A stretch of DNA of 64,000 nt, taken from NCBI GenBank assembly GCA_023253175.1, contig JALRHH010000002.1, positions 199 to 64,198 of the forward strand, in the 5' to 3' direction. This DNA is from Candidatus Saccharimonadia bacterium (GTDB lineage Bacteria > Patescibacteriota > Saccharimonadia > Saccharimonadales > JALRHH01). Positions 31,425 through 39,847 of this stretch are shown piece by piece; the stretch's first letter is position 1, and the number at the start of each line of letters is the position of its first letter. Below the pieces are notes generated by a model. That model saw only the letters and a list, made by a program, of their open reading frames with translations. It ran no database searches and was not told the origin of the DNA. A program made the position numbers and the translations under genes.

Positions 31425-32855
31425 TTAGCGACGAGCTAATACGATACGGTGTGCGATGGCACCAGCTACGCTAATGGCAGCAAAGAGACCAATCACGCTA
31501 CCGACACCAGTGTTTGGCAGAACGGTAGGAGTTTCAGGTGTCGTAGGAGTTACAGGAGTACCGTTTTGGTAAATTACCTTGGCAGTACATGTAGCTGACT
31601 TAACCTGATCATTTACCATAAAGTTTACTGTCGCAACGACGTTGTATTCACCGTCCTTTGCGTACGTGTGGTCAACACCAGTTACCTTGTCGGTAACCAT
31701 TGGAGTTGTACCATCACCCCAGTCGTAGCTAACATTCTTGAACGTAGCACCACCGGTAACAGTGTACTTCAGGTTATCGACAGTAATCTGGCGACCAGCC
31801 TTCTTAGTAATATTGAGTAAGTCACATTTGTAAGTAGGAACGTTTGCACATTCCTTGTTAACTGTAACGATAGAGTTGTTGTTGTACTCACCAGTCTGGT
31901 CAGTATCTACAACAGCAATGTTCTTGAACGCGTTAGCGCCACAAGCAAGCTTGTCGGCAGTAGGTGTCGTTGCAATAAATGTAAAGAACACTGTTGCACC
32001 AGGACCCATGCTACCTGCACTCACACCACCCTTAAATAGGTAGTCATTGTTAATCGTAACACCGCTTGGGTTTGGACCGTTAAATAGCTTAACAGTACCA
32101 GGAACGAATGTTAGACCAGCAGGCAGTGCGTCACGCACCATTACGTTACTAAGTGTGTCATTACCGAGGTTCTTAACAGTGATGAGGTATTCAAGACGAG
32201 CATTTGGCTGAGCTGAAAGGTTAACAGCAGCCGCATCGTTGGTACCAGCAGCACGAACCTTCTTGGTAATTGAAACACTTGGAATCTTTACACGAGCCAT
32301 GAATGAAACAGTCGCTTCAAACTCATGACAAGGCTTAACATTTTCTAGAACAGTACCATTAAGAATGATGCTGTCGTTGATTTTTTCAGAAGTCTTCTGA
32401 ATGTTTTCACGAGTACCGGTGTTGTGTGTCCAGTACACGCTACCAGGGATGAACTCAAGACGAGCGTCAGCACGGTCAAGATTTACAGTTGCTGTATCAG
32501 TAACCGTATTAGTGTTACTTCCCTTGATAGTAACCTTTACTACCTGGCTTGTGCCAGCAGCAGTAGGCATGTCAACTTTGATTTTTAGATCTTCCGCAAC
32601 TTTATTAGAGTCAGGAAGTTGTCGGTTGTGGTAGTACACAGAGAACTTAACTACTTCGTCGTACTTAGCATTAGTACTTGGCTTGTAGGTAGTCTCACCC
32701 TTAGTCTGGTTAGCAACGCCGATTGAACCTTCAATCGTAACGTCGGCAGCCAAAACAGAGTTAATTGGCAGCGCAACGAGCGCGAAGAATGCAAATAATG
32801 CAATCATCGCACGCTTTGGGGCTGCAGCAATTTTTGAAAAAACTTTCATAATCAC
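31425..32855 (-). CDS. LPXTG-anchored surface protein with a PKD-like domain
   Basis: Signal peptide (…ALVALPINSVLAADV), Ig-like repeat sequence, and a PKD-type block YDWGDGTTPMVTDKVTGVDHTYAKDGEYNVVATV. C-terminal LPNTG is followed by a hydrophobic helix and an RR tail. Confidence 0.8.
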   Translation of the reverse strand: MIMKVFSKIAAAPKRAMIALFAFFALVALPINSVLAADVTIEGSIGVANQTKGETTYKPSTNAKYDEVVKFSVYYHNRQLPDSNKVAEDLKIKVDMPTAAGTSQVVKVTIKGSNTNTVTDTATVNLDRADARLEFIPGSVYWTHNTGTRENIQKTSEKINDSIILNGTVLENVKPCHEFEATVSFMARVKIPSVSITKKVRAAGTNDAAAVNLSAQPNARLEYLITVKNLGNDTLSNVMVRDALPAGLTFVPGTVKLFNGPNPSGVTINNDYLFKGGVSAGSMGPGATVFFTFIATTPTADKLACGANAFKNIAVVDTDQTGEYNNNSIVTVNKECANVPTYKCDLLNITKKAGRQITVDNLKYTVTGGATFKNVSYDWGDGTTPMVTDKVTGVDHTYAKDGEYNVVATVNFMVNDQVKSATCTAKVIYQNGTPVTPTTPETPTVLPNTGVGSVIGLFAAISVAGAIAHRIVLARR

Positions 32856-33124
32856 TCCTTATAGTAATTGGTCCCACCCTCTTACTTAACGCCACATCAC
32901 TGTGGCAGCTTATGGTTTCGCGATTGGCTCTTTAGCTTGTTAACGAACTCCTCCCGGAAGAGTACACAAATCGAATCATTTCAATATACATGGGTGAAGC
33001 AGAGGGAACGAGTTTAGACAAAAGATTAGGTAGGTGTCATGTGACAACTAAACTCTCTTGAATGCTCAGTTCCCGCTGCTTTTTGCAGATACTTCACCCA
33101 TAAAGGTACTTCTATACTTACATA

Positions 33125-34470
33125 AAAAACCACGTGGGTCCCCGACACAGAGTGCGGCAGCGTGTGCTGTCACTCTTTGCAATTGAATGCAGTGCCGGGG
33201 ACCCGTCTTACGATCCGTTATGTCTGTATACACAGACGATTCATCTCCCGAAGGAAATGAACACGGATCTGGTCAGCAGTTCCCGGGTCCCAGGGGGCAC
33301 GGGGGGCTGTCGGTGTGGGTCGTGTCGTCGCCACCGTGAGTGGTGTCCGAAGGACCTTCAGCCGGACCAGCGCCGCCGTCACCGGGGGAACCCACGCCGG
33401 ACTGACCGTTGTCGTCAGGAGTCCTGACGGGGTCGTCGTCCTTGGGCGGAGTACCACTGGTGCCGCCGGTGGGGCCCTGCGGGTGGTTCTTGACCGGGTC
33501 CTTGTAGGGACTGCCGTTGCCACCGCTGCCGCCGGGGTCGTTCTGACCCTTGGGCTTGAGGCAGCCGGTCGGGCTGTCGACGGTACCGGGCGGGCACTTC
33601 TCCGGCGGCGGAGGCGTGCAGTTGTGCTTGCAGCCACCGCTCGGGGTGTCACCGGGTCGATCCGGCTTGGGAGGCAGGAACTGCGGGTTGACGCAGCCAC
33701 CACGAACGAGAGCCACGCGGAGCTCGATCTTGGCGGCGTCCTTGGACGATGCCTTCTCGACCTCCTTGCAGTCGTCGGGGTTGATGAGCACCCAGCCGAG
33801 GTCGCCCTTGGCGTTGCTGCGGGTGCCCACCTGCTTGACCTCGCCGTCGGAGTAGGCGGTGTTGCCCTCCCACTTCGACTTGACGAGCATCTGGAACCCG
33901 ACCCAGTTGGTGGGATCGAGCGCCTGCTCCTTGGTCACGCCCGCCGCGTCGATGCTGTGCTGCAGCACCTCCTGGGCGGCCGAGTCGTCGGTCGCGAGGA
34001 ACTCCGTCAGGTCCTTGGCAGTCGTCGCCGACGCGCCAAAGTTGCCGGTGCCCTCCTCGGTCGCCTCCTTCAGAGACAGATCGAAGTTGGCCTCGCCGAC
34101 GACGAACTCCTTCTTCTTGAACCCCTGCTTCAGCAAGAGGTTCTCGACGGCGGCGTCCGGGTTCTCGCACATCTGCGAGACGAGGACCACCGTGGAGTCG
34201 TCGTTGGCGGCAGCCCCAGCGCTCCTGTTGTCGAAGATGACGCTGGAACCCCAGATCGCGGCGATCACGACGACGAGAGCGACGACGAGCACCAGACGCT
34301 TTCTGGACTTGAGGTACTGCATGACCTTCGCGCGCCGACCGGTAACCGGGGGCATGGAAGCGGTGTCATGACTGGTCATGATTTTCTCCTTCCTGGGAGA
34401 AATGTAGAGTTACGCACAGAGTAGCGCGCAGCTGTGTAATCTCCCATTCAGGGACAGCACGCTGATGACA
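33125..34470. other. compositionally foreign high-GC block
   Basis: Hand count: 33421-33480 has 44/60 G+C, against 21/60 for 34801-34860. The ORF track shows long ORFs in most frames here, reflecting stop-codon depletion. Bounded by inverted repeats 33136-33148/33192-33204 and 34449-34460/34490-34501. Confidence 0.8.
33273..34379 (-). CDS. membrane-anchored protein with a Pro/Gly/Cys-rich C-terminus and high-GC3 (actinobacterial-style) codon usage
   Basis: RBS ggaaggagaaaatcATG and an N-terminal TM helix LVLVVALVVVIAAIWGSSVIF. Third codon positions are almost all G/C. Chosen over the overlapping frames because of the RBS, the TM helix and the non-repetitive composition. Confidence 0.65.
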   Translation of the reverse strand: MTSHDTASMPPVTGRRAKVMQYLKSRKRLVLVVALVVVIAAIWGSSVIFDNRSAGAAANDDSTVVLVSQMCENPDAAVENLLLKQGFKKKEFVVGEANFDLSLKEATEEGTGNFGASATTAKDLTEFLATDDSAAQEVLQHSIDAAGVTKEQALDPTNWVGFQMLVKSKWEGNTAYSDGEVKQVGTRSNAKGDLGWVLINPDDCKEVEKASSKDAAKIELRVALVRGGCVNPQFLPPKPDRPGDTPSGGCKHNCTPPPPEKCPPGTVDSPTGCLKPKGQNDPGGSGGNGSPYKDPVKNHPQGPTGGTSGTPPKDDDPVRTPDDNGQSGVGSPGDGGAGPAEGPSDTTHGGDDTTHTDSPPCPLGPGNC

Positions 34471-34933
34471 ATATATTGACATCACCAGAGTGCTATCCCT
34501 GATGTGGAATGAGAAAGTAAGTACAAAATGTAGAAGTATCTGCTTCTGCAAGGGAGTCTCTGGAGTAGAACTACTCAACAGATACTGCAACCAATGCAGA
34601 CTATCCAGCACCAGAAAACAAGCCATCTAATACTAGTTAGCCTGCACTGGGTAACAGTTCCATGCAGAAGAGATGTATTTCAAAATGATTCGACTTGTTA
34701 ATGTACCCACCACTTAAGGGCTCCGGGACAAAACGAACAGCAAAACAGTTAAGCTAAAATACTTACTGTTTTCACCTCTGTTAACGTCCAGTTACGGGCT
34801 AAGACCTCACACCCATAAGCAAGGATACTTACATATTATCACAAAACGCTTAAATTGTCAATATATACCATAAGCTTTTTTGTTATTAATCAATAGTTGT
34901 TCACCTCTGATACGGAGTGGTGGGATTATCCGG

Positions 34934-37123
34934 CTACGCTTGAGCTGGCTCGTCGACCTTGAGTTTATCTTTTGCGAAGCTAAATCCAAAGGTACTTCCC
35001 TTGCCGACTTTACTTTCGAATATTAGTGCGCCCCCCTGGGCGACAATAACTTTCTTGGCCATAAAGAGTCCAAGACCCGTTCCATCCGGACGAGCCTTCT
35101 GCGCATTCTTAGCCCGGAAGAACTTGTTGAACAGATTATGCTGCTCTGACTCTGGGACACCAATACCGTTGTCTTTGACCCTGAACTCTACTGATTTGTC
35201 ATTTTCCGTCAAAGAAATATCAATCTTGCCGCCTGCTGGCGTGTAGTAGATCGCATTATCAACAAAGTTCATAATCACCTGCCGGATCTTGGTCTCATCT
35301 AACATAAGCGTAGGGAAGCTATCCGGCTGATTATATGTCAATGTCATATTCTTACCAGCCGCAGTCTCCCGGAGTTGCTGCACCTCACCCGCAATCACAT
35401 CTGACAAGTTAGTAGGCAGTGCGTCGATCACAAATTTACCTGTCTTGAGGCGAGAAAGGTTCAAAAGATCAGCAATCAAAAACACCATTCGTTGGCTACT
35501 GATAAACGACTGTTCCAGCAGTTTCTTTTGCATATCGGTTATCGGACCAGCATCGCCTTCTAGTACCATCGATACATAACCTTTGACAGAGGTGAGCGGG
35601 GTACGTAGCTGGTGAGAAGCCATACTAATAAACTCATCCTTTGTCTCATCCATGGCCTTCAACTTATCATTGGCTTTCTTTAATCGCTTCGTCGCATCAT
35701 TTACTTTTTGCTGCAATGTAACGTTAAAGTTCTCGATCTCTTCGAACCTTAGGCCATTCTGGACTGCGATTACCAATTCACCTGAAATTATCTTAATTAC
35801 GTCGACGTCCTGCTTATTGTAAGGATTCCCTGACTTCTTGTATCCAAGAGCAAGGTAGCCGACGCCTTCTGTATCAATTCCATAATCAGTAACGAGCCTT
35901 GAAATTAATGCAATATCATACTTACGCATCAGCTTCCTAAGGGCGCTCTGCTCCTCTAAATCTTCAGCAACTAGAATTTTTTGACTTGAGTCTGCAATAG
36001 TATCTGCAACAATCATTAAGTCCTCAATGCTCAGCTGTCGGCTATCAACACCGAGCATACGAGGGCTGGAATACTCTGTACTCCTAAGGTAGAACAATAC
36101 TGATGTAGATTTAATATAACTATTGATAATTCCGGCACTGTCTCTAAGTAGCTTTTCTACGTCCACATTAGCGACTACAGCCTTGTTTATGTCGTTAAGA
36201 AACGTCTGCGCATCGTACGCATCACGATAAAACAACTTATCAGAAACCCTATTAAACGTACGCTTTACGGGACCGTAAGATACGGCCGCGAATATCACAA
36301 GTATGACATTCGTAAGCGTACGCCAGTTCTCGTTGCCGGATCCGTTAAACAGATACTTTGAGGCCTCAAATGATATAAGGGCATATATGGTTAAAATAAG
36401 ACCAAGCGTAAACACATAGGCCAATGATCGAACCACGACCAACCTGAGATCAAATAACCTGTGTTTAAACACGGCGTAGTACATTCCGCCGACAAAAGCC
36501 GCCATTGGCACAATACCTATATTGGTAAGCCCAAACCAGCCCGTTGCCACAGGAAGTATGAAAAGCATTAAAACCAGCAGAGGCAGAGAGTAGGCAAAAC
36601 TGCGGTAGATAGTCTTTAGTCTTGTTTTTTGGGCGCCCTTACTGCGTTTAATATTCTTCTTTAAGACCACAAATATTGCAGCAATCATTGACACTAAAAA
36701 TACAAAATACACAGGCAAACCGGCCCCAAATTCAACTGCATAGACATTGTCCTGGAGATGGACTCCCGCAGGCACAAGTGCGGTAAACGACATTAAGCCT
36801 ACCAGAAAAATAGGCACATAGAGTGCCTTGAATATTTTTCTGGCCCTTTCGTCCTGAACCAGGCTAATGGTGAAGTGAAGCAGGTTAACTGCAGTAAAAT
36901 AACTAAAGAAGAAGACAAAATAATTAGCCTTGAGCGCTGTCTCGGGAGAGCGGCCTATGTCATTGCTTATATAGTTAGCAATGATCCACACAGCAACAGA
37001 TGCAGCCAAAGCAGCGAAAGTAATGCTTGTAACTGACTTTGCCTTCTGTACCAAAACGGCTGCCGAAAGTACGATCAATGCGACAATAATTATAAGATCA
37101 ATTATTAGGTATACATCCAGCAT
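34934..37123 (-). CDS. sensor histidine kinase with a polytopic N-terminal membrane domain
   Basis: About 7-8 predicted TM helices in the first ~300 aa, then a cytoplasmic linker/sensor region. H-box MASHQLRTPLTSV; ATPase boxes VDNAIYYTP, DNGIGVP and GTGLGLFMAK. Confidence 0.9.
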   Translation of the reverse strand: MLDVYLIIDLIIIVALIVLSAAVLVQKAKSVTSITFAALAASVAVWIIANYISNDIGRSPETALKANYFVFFFSYFTAVNLLHFTISLVQDERARKIFKALYVPIFLVGLMSFTALVPAGVHLQDNVYAVEFGAGLPVYFVFLVSMIAAIFVVLKKNIKRSKGAQKTRLKTIYRSFAYSLPLLVLMLFILPVATGWFGLTNIGIVPMAAFVGGMYYAVFKHRLFDLRLVVVRSLAYVFTLGLILTIYALISFEASKYLFNGSGNENWRTLTNVILVIFAAVSYGPVKRTFNRVSDKLFYRDAYDAQTFLNDINKAVVANVDVEKLLRDSAGIINSYIKSTSVLFYLRSTEYSSPRMLGVDSRQLSIEDLMIVADTIADSSQKILVAEDLEEQSALRKLMRKYDIALISRLVTDYGIDTEGVGYLALGYKKSGNPYNKQDVDVIKIISGELVIAVQNGLRFEEIENFNVTLQQKVNDATKRLKKANDKLKAMDETKDEFISMASHQLRTPLTSVKGYVSMVLEGDAGPITDMQKKLLEQSFISSQRMVFLIADLLNLSRLKTGKFVIDALPTNLSDVIAGEVQQLRETAAGKNMTLTYNQPDSFPTLMLDETKIRQVIMNFVDNAIYYTPAGGKIDISLTENDKSVEFRVKDNGIGVPESEQHNLFNKFFRAKNAQKARPDGTGLGLFMAKKVIVAQGGALIFESKVGKGSTFGFSFAKDKLKVDEPAQA

Positions 37124-37174
37124 ATACCTAATATTCTACTATTGCTCACATAATCGCAAGACGGTTATGGTAAA

Positions 37175-38104
37175 TTACACGCCCTTCCGACGATCTCTGT
37201 CGGCCTTTGTGAAGCTGGCGCTGGAATTAATACCAAGCTTTTCTCGAATCATCATAGTGCCAAGTCGACGATAAAATGCGGTGCGAGGCATCCTAATAAC
37301 TCCACTCTCAAGGGTCATCGAGTCCATAAAGCCAAAGCGTGGAGCCCAAATTGGATCTTTGCGATGATTCTTCACGTCCTTAGTCATGTGCAAAAATGCC
37401 TGAGACGAACCTAAGGCAGAGGCAACATCAACACCCTGAGATATTGATGGAAGTGGCGCATCCTCATCATTGGCAACCGCCTCTAAGGTGCGCATATCAG
37501 CATATGAAGGCAGACTTGGTAAGCACCGGCTTATGTCCAGCTTAAGATCCTTAACCTCATCAATTGGCATATCCTTCGGGATTCCCATCATAGTCCTGAA
37601 AGAATGTCGTCCCTCTGGATGAAAAGAAGTAATCTGCGCAGCAAACCCGACGTTCATAATGAAAACATCAGGAATACTACGACGGCGTGCTTCATCGGAA
37701 ACCATTGTTCCAAGATCAAGGTGCGTTAACTCGGTCTCGTCAAAAACGAGCGTAGAACGGCTCATGAACTCCTGGACGTTATCTTCGGTGATACCATCGG
37801 TATAGACACGAACTTTTGCCTCAGGGTTGATCTCATGGACCATATCACGAAATACTTCGGCCTTATTTTGTCCAAGAGTTTTATTAGTTGCACCAGGAAC
37901 ACGGTTAATGTTTTCTGCCTCAAAAACCTCTGGGTCAGCGATATCAAATGACTGGACGCCCATTCGTGCAAGCTTTTGACCAAGCTGGAAACCATCGCCA
38001 CCAACACCTGCAATAGCTACGGATGCATTCATAATAGCTTGTTGTTCCGCCTCATTCCAAAAACCATAGTTACGGGCAAATTCGGGACTATTAACAGAAT
38101 TCAT
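37175..38104 (-). CDS. ThiF/MoeB/E1-like adenylyltransferase family protein
   Basis: Rossmann motif VAIAGVGGDGFQLGQKLARMG followed by DIADPEVFEAENINR (compare the D.D..E.SNLNRQ block of the ThiF family). 309 aa. Confidence 0.7.
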   Translation of the reverse strand: MNSVNSPEFARNYGFWNEAEQQAIMNASVAIAGVGGDGFQLGQKLARMGVQSFDIADPEVFEAENINRVPGATNKTLGQNKAEVFRDMVHEINPEAKVRVYTDGITEDNVQEFMSRSTLVFDETELTHLDLGTMVSDEARRRSIPDVFIMNVGFAAQITSFHPEGRHSFRTMMGIPKDMPIDEVKDLKLDISRCLPSLPSYADMRTLEAVANDEDAPLPSISQGVDVASALGSSQAFLHMTKDVKNHRKDPIWAPRFGFMDSMTLESGVIRMPRTAFYRRLGTMMIREKLGINSSASFTKADRDRRKGV

Positions 38105-38133
38105 AATTACCTACCTTTAATTTAACCGAGTTG

Positions 38134-38922
38134 TTACGCGGCAGTCCTATTAATGTCGGTATTTAGGCTAAAGTGTTCTATATTCTGTTCTGTTGCACGA
38201 ATCCGGTTAACTGCTTGATCACTATCAAAACCAAGACCCTTAGCCATAGCAGGCACATCTACTGAGATACCAAGATTGTCAGCTGCATACTCTGGCACAA
38301 ACTTAGGATCAGCAATGCGCTCTAGCGGCACACCAAGACCACTCTTCAAGTAACGCTCGACAGTCGGCTCAACAACACCAAATGTCGGAACAAGGCCATG
38401 AGCAGTAATATGAGCTACTACTTTCTTGAATAATGGAGCGCTCATCTGCGCCTGAACCCTTGGGTTTTCATGGCGTGCAATGTACCGAGAGACCTCTGTT
38501 GAACCTATAGGAAGTGGGTTATCAGTAAATTTTTCTGGGAAAAATTCTTCAATAGGAAGTGGTCGTGGATCCATCGCGCGCTTCTCGATAGTACGAATAC
38601 TACCAACAACCCTCGCAAGACCCTCGCCTTCCTTTGACCTCTCAAGAAGAGCCCAGTGAGTAGAGCGAACATCGTCATTATCAACCTCAGTACCATCCTC
38701 ACGCACATCTGAATGAGGAATCATCTGAGTCTGGTATGCATACACGTTCGCACGAAGCTTAAGGTATCCGTCATGTTCTTGTTCGCGGCCAGGCAAAATC
38801 TGGTCACCAACAGCGATCATACCAACAGCAAAGTTTGTCTCTGGGCGCTGGTTAATAAACCAGGTACTTTCTACCGTTGGGATAACCATCTCGTTCGAAA
38901 TTGTGAGGTCGATCTTTGACAT
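38134..38922 (-). CDS. LuxI/FeeM-like GNAT-fold N-acyltransferase (autoinducer-synthase-like)
   Basis: By-eye alignment to LasI/LuxI blocks: YLKLRANVY (cf. KLRAQVF), an acidic cluster EDGTEVDNDD, VVGSIRTI (cf. GCWRIL), STEVSRYIA (cf. WELSRFAI), and FGVVEPTVERYLKSGLGV (cf. TVTTVGVEKMMIRAGLDV). Confidence 0.55.
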   Translation of the reverse strand: MSKIDLTISNEMVIPTVESTWFINQRPETNFAVGMIAVGDQILPGREQEHDGYLKLRANVYAYQTQMIPHSDVREDGTEVDNDDVRSTHWALLERSKEGEGLARVVGSIRTIEKRAMDPRPLPIEEFFPEKFTDNPLPIGSTEVSRYIARHENPRVQAQMSAPLFKKVVAHITAHGLVPTFGVVEPTVERYLKSGLGVPLERIADPKFVPEYAADNLGISVDVPAMAKGLGFDSDQAVNRIRATEQNIEHFSLNTDINRTAA

Positions 38923-38940
38923 TGGATTCCTTAATTATTA

Positions 38941-38993
38941 CTAAAATAAAAACGACATGACTGTTAGGCCTTTTGGGCTGTCAGTCATGTCGT
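38941..38993 (-). terminator. terminator-like hairpin plus T-tract inside the 5' leader of the acyltransferase operon
   Basis: Minus strand ACGACATGACTG-(18 nt)-CAGTCATGTCGT followed by TTTTTATTTT. Then comes RBS AAGGAA and the ATG at 38922. Confidence 0.5.
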
Positions 38994-39016
38994 AGTCTTG
39001 TAAAGAACTGTTTGCT

Positions 39017-39044
39017 ATTATACGCTTTTTTGCATATTTGTCAA
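39017..39044 (-). promoter_or_regulatory. consensus sigma70-type promoter for the acyltransferase-ThiF-kinase operon
   Basis: Minus strand TTGACA-(16 nt)-TATAAT, with -35 at 39039-39044 and -10 at 39017-39022. Confidence 0.55.
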
Positions 39045-39270
39045 TATACTTTTGTAAATACATAATTGCTTATGATAATAAAAAGACACCGGACATAGCA
39101 AAGCGCCATATCTAGTGTCTAATTGTGCTGCAAAAGTACTATCTTAGTTGTACTCCTTATACTCCTCCAAGTCAACAAAGATTTGTTAGTCTTCTATTTT
39201 AAAGTTATATAGAACTAATTGATACAAGTTTAATATATAATCCTTTTACGGATAGCTAAATGGATGTAAC

Positions 39271-39792
39271 ATGAAAACGAAGAATCTTCTTGGCGATAGT
39301 AAAAGCAAAACTTTTGGTAACAAAACCAATGAGGCGACCAGCAGGCAAACGGTAGTGGCGGTCATATTCGACCCTTCATCAGATACATATCTTTGTCAAT
39401 ACTGGGAAGAATACAGTGGACTTACGTGTCTATTATCGGGAGGTATAGAAGATGATGAAGACAGCTATGAGGCTCTAAGAAGAGAAATTCGTGAAGAAAC
39501 TGGCTACATCGACTTCGATATTATAGGCATCCTTGGAGGCACCCTAAACACTTATTACGTGAAAGGCTCGACAGGAGAAAGCCTTGTCAAACACATAACC
39601 CCCTACCTTGTTCGGTTAAACTCATCTCGACAAATAGAAACTACTAAAGAAGAAGATGAAAGATTTGAGAACCTTTTCCTAGACCACAAGAATATTAATG
39701 AATTGATGACAAAATATGAAAAAAATAGCGGATCGACTCTTGCTGATCATAAAGAAATTTTATCAAGGGCGGTTAGGTATTTAAACCAATAA
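39271..39792 (+). CDS. NUDIX hydrolase
   Basis: Nudix box GGIEDDEDSYEALRREIREETG. Confidence 0.8.
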   Translation: MKTKNLLGDSKSKTFGNKTNEATSRQTVVAVIFDPSSDTYLCQYWEEYSGLTCLLSGGIEDDEDSYEALRREIREETGYIDFDIIGILGGTLNTYYVKGSTGESLVKHITPYLVRLNSSRQIETTKEEDERFENLFLDHKNINELMTKYEKNSGSTLADHKEILSRAVRYLNQ

Positions 39793-39847
39793 TTGACATA
39801 TATTGATTTGTGTTTTATAGTTTTCCTAATTTAACATAGGTTGAGCC

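Noticed and set aside
33218-34424. Multiple long overlapping ORFs (33315..34424+, 33218..33703-, 33649..34170-, 33859..34371+, 33550..33855+) in the GC-rich block.
   Set aside because: Open frames of this kind are expected in high-GC DNA. They are Arg/Gly/Ala/Pro-rich and lack an RBS or TM logic. Only 33273..34379(-) has a start context and protein-like composition.
38923-39270. Looked for a short precursor-peptide ORF (MccA-like, ending in Asn, or a Cys-rich RiPP leader) next to the ThiF-like/GNAT pair. A 22-codon ORF (MALCYVRCLFIIISNYVFTKVY) exists on the minus strand around 39040-39105.
   Set aside because: It has no Shine-Dalgarno sequence, overlaps a hairpin/T-tract and the -35 region of the downstream promoter, and does not end in Asn. 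The evidence is insufficient to call it a gene.
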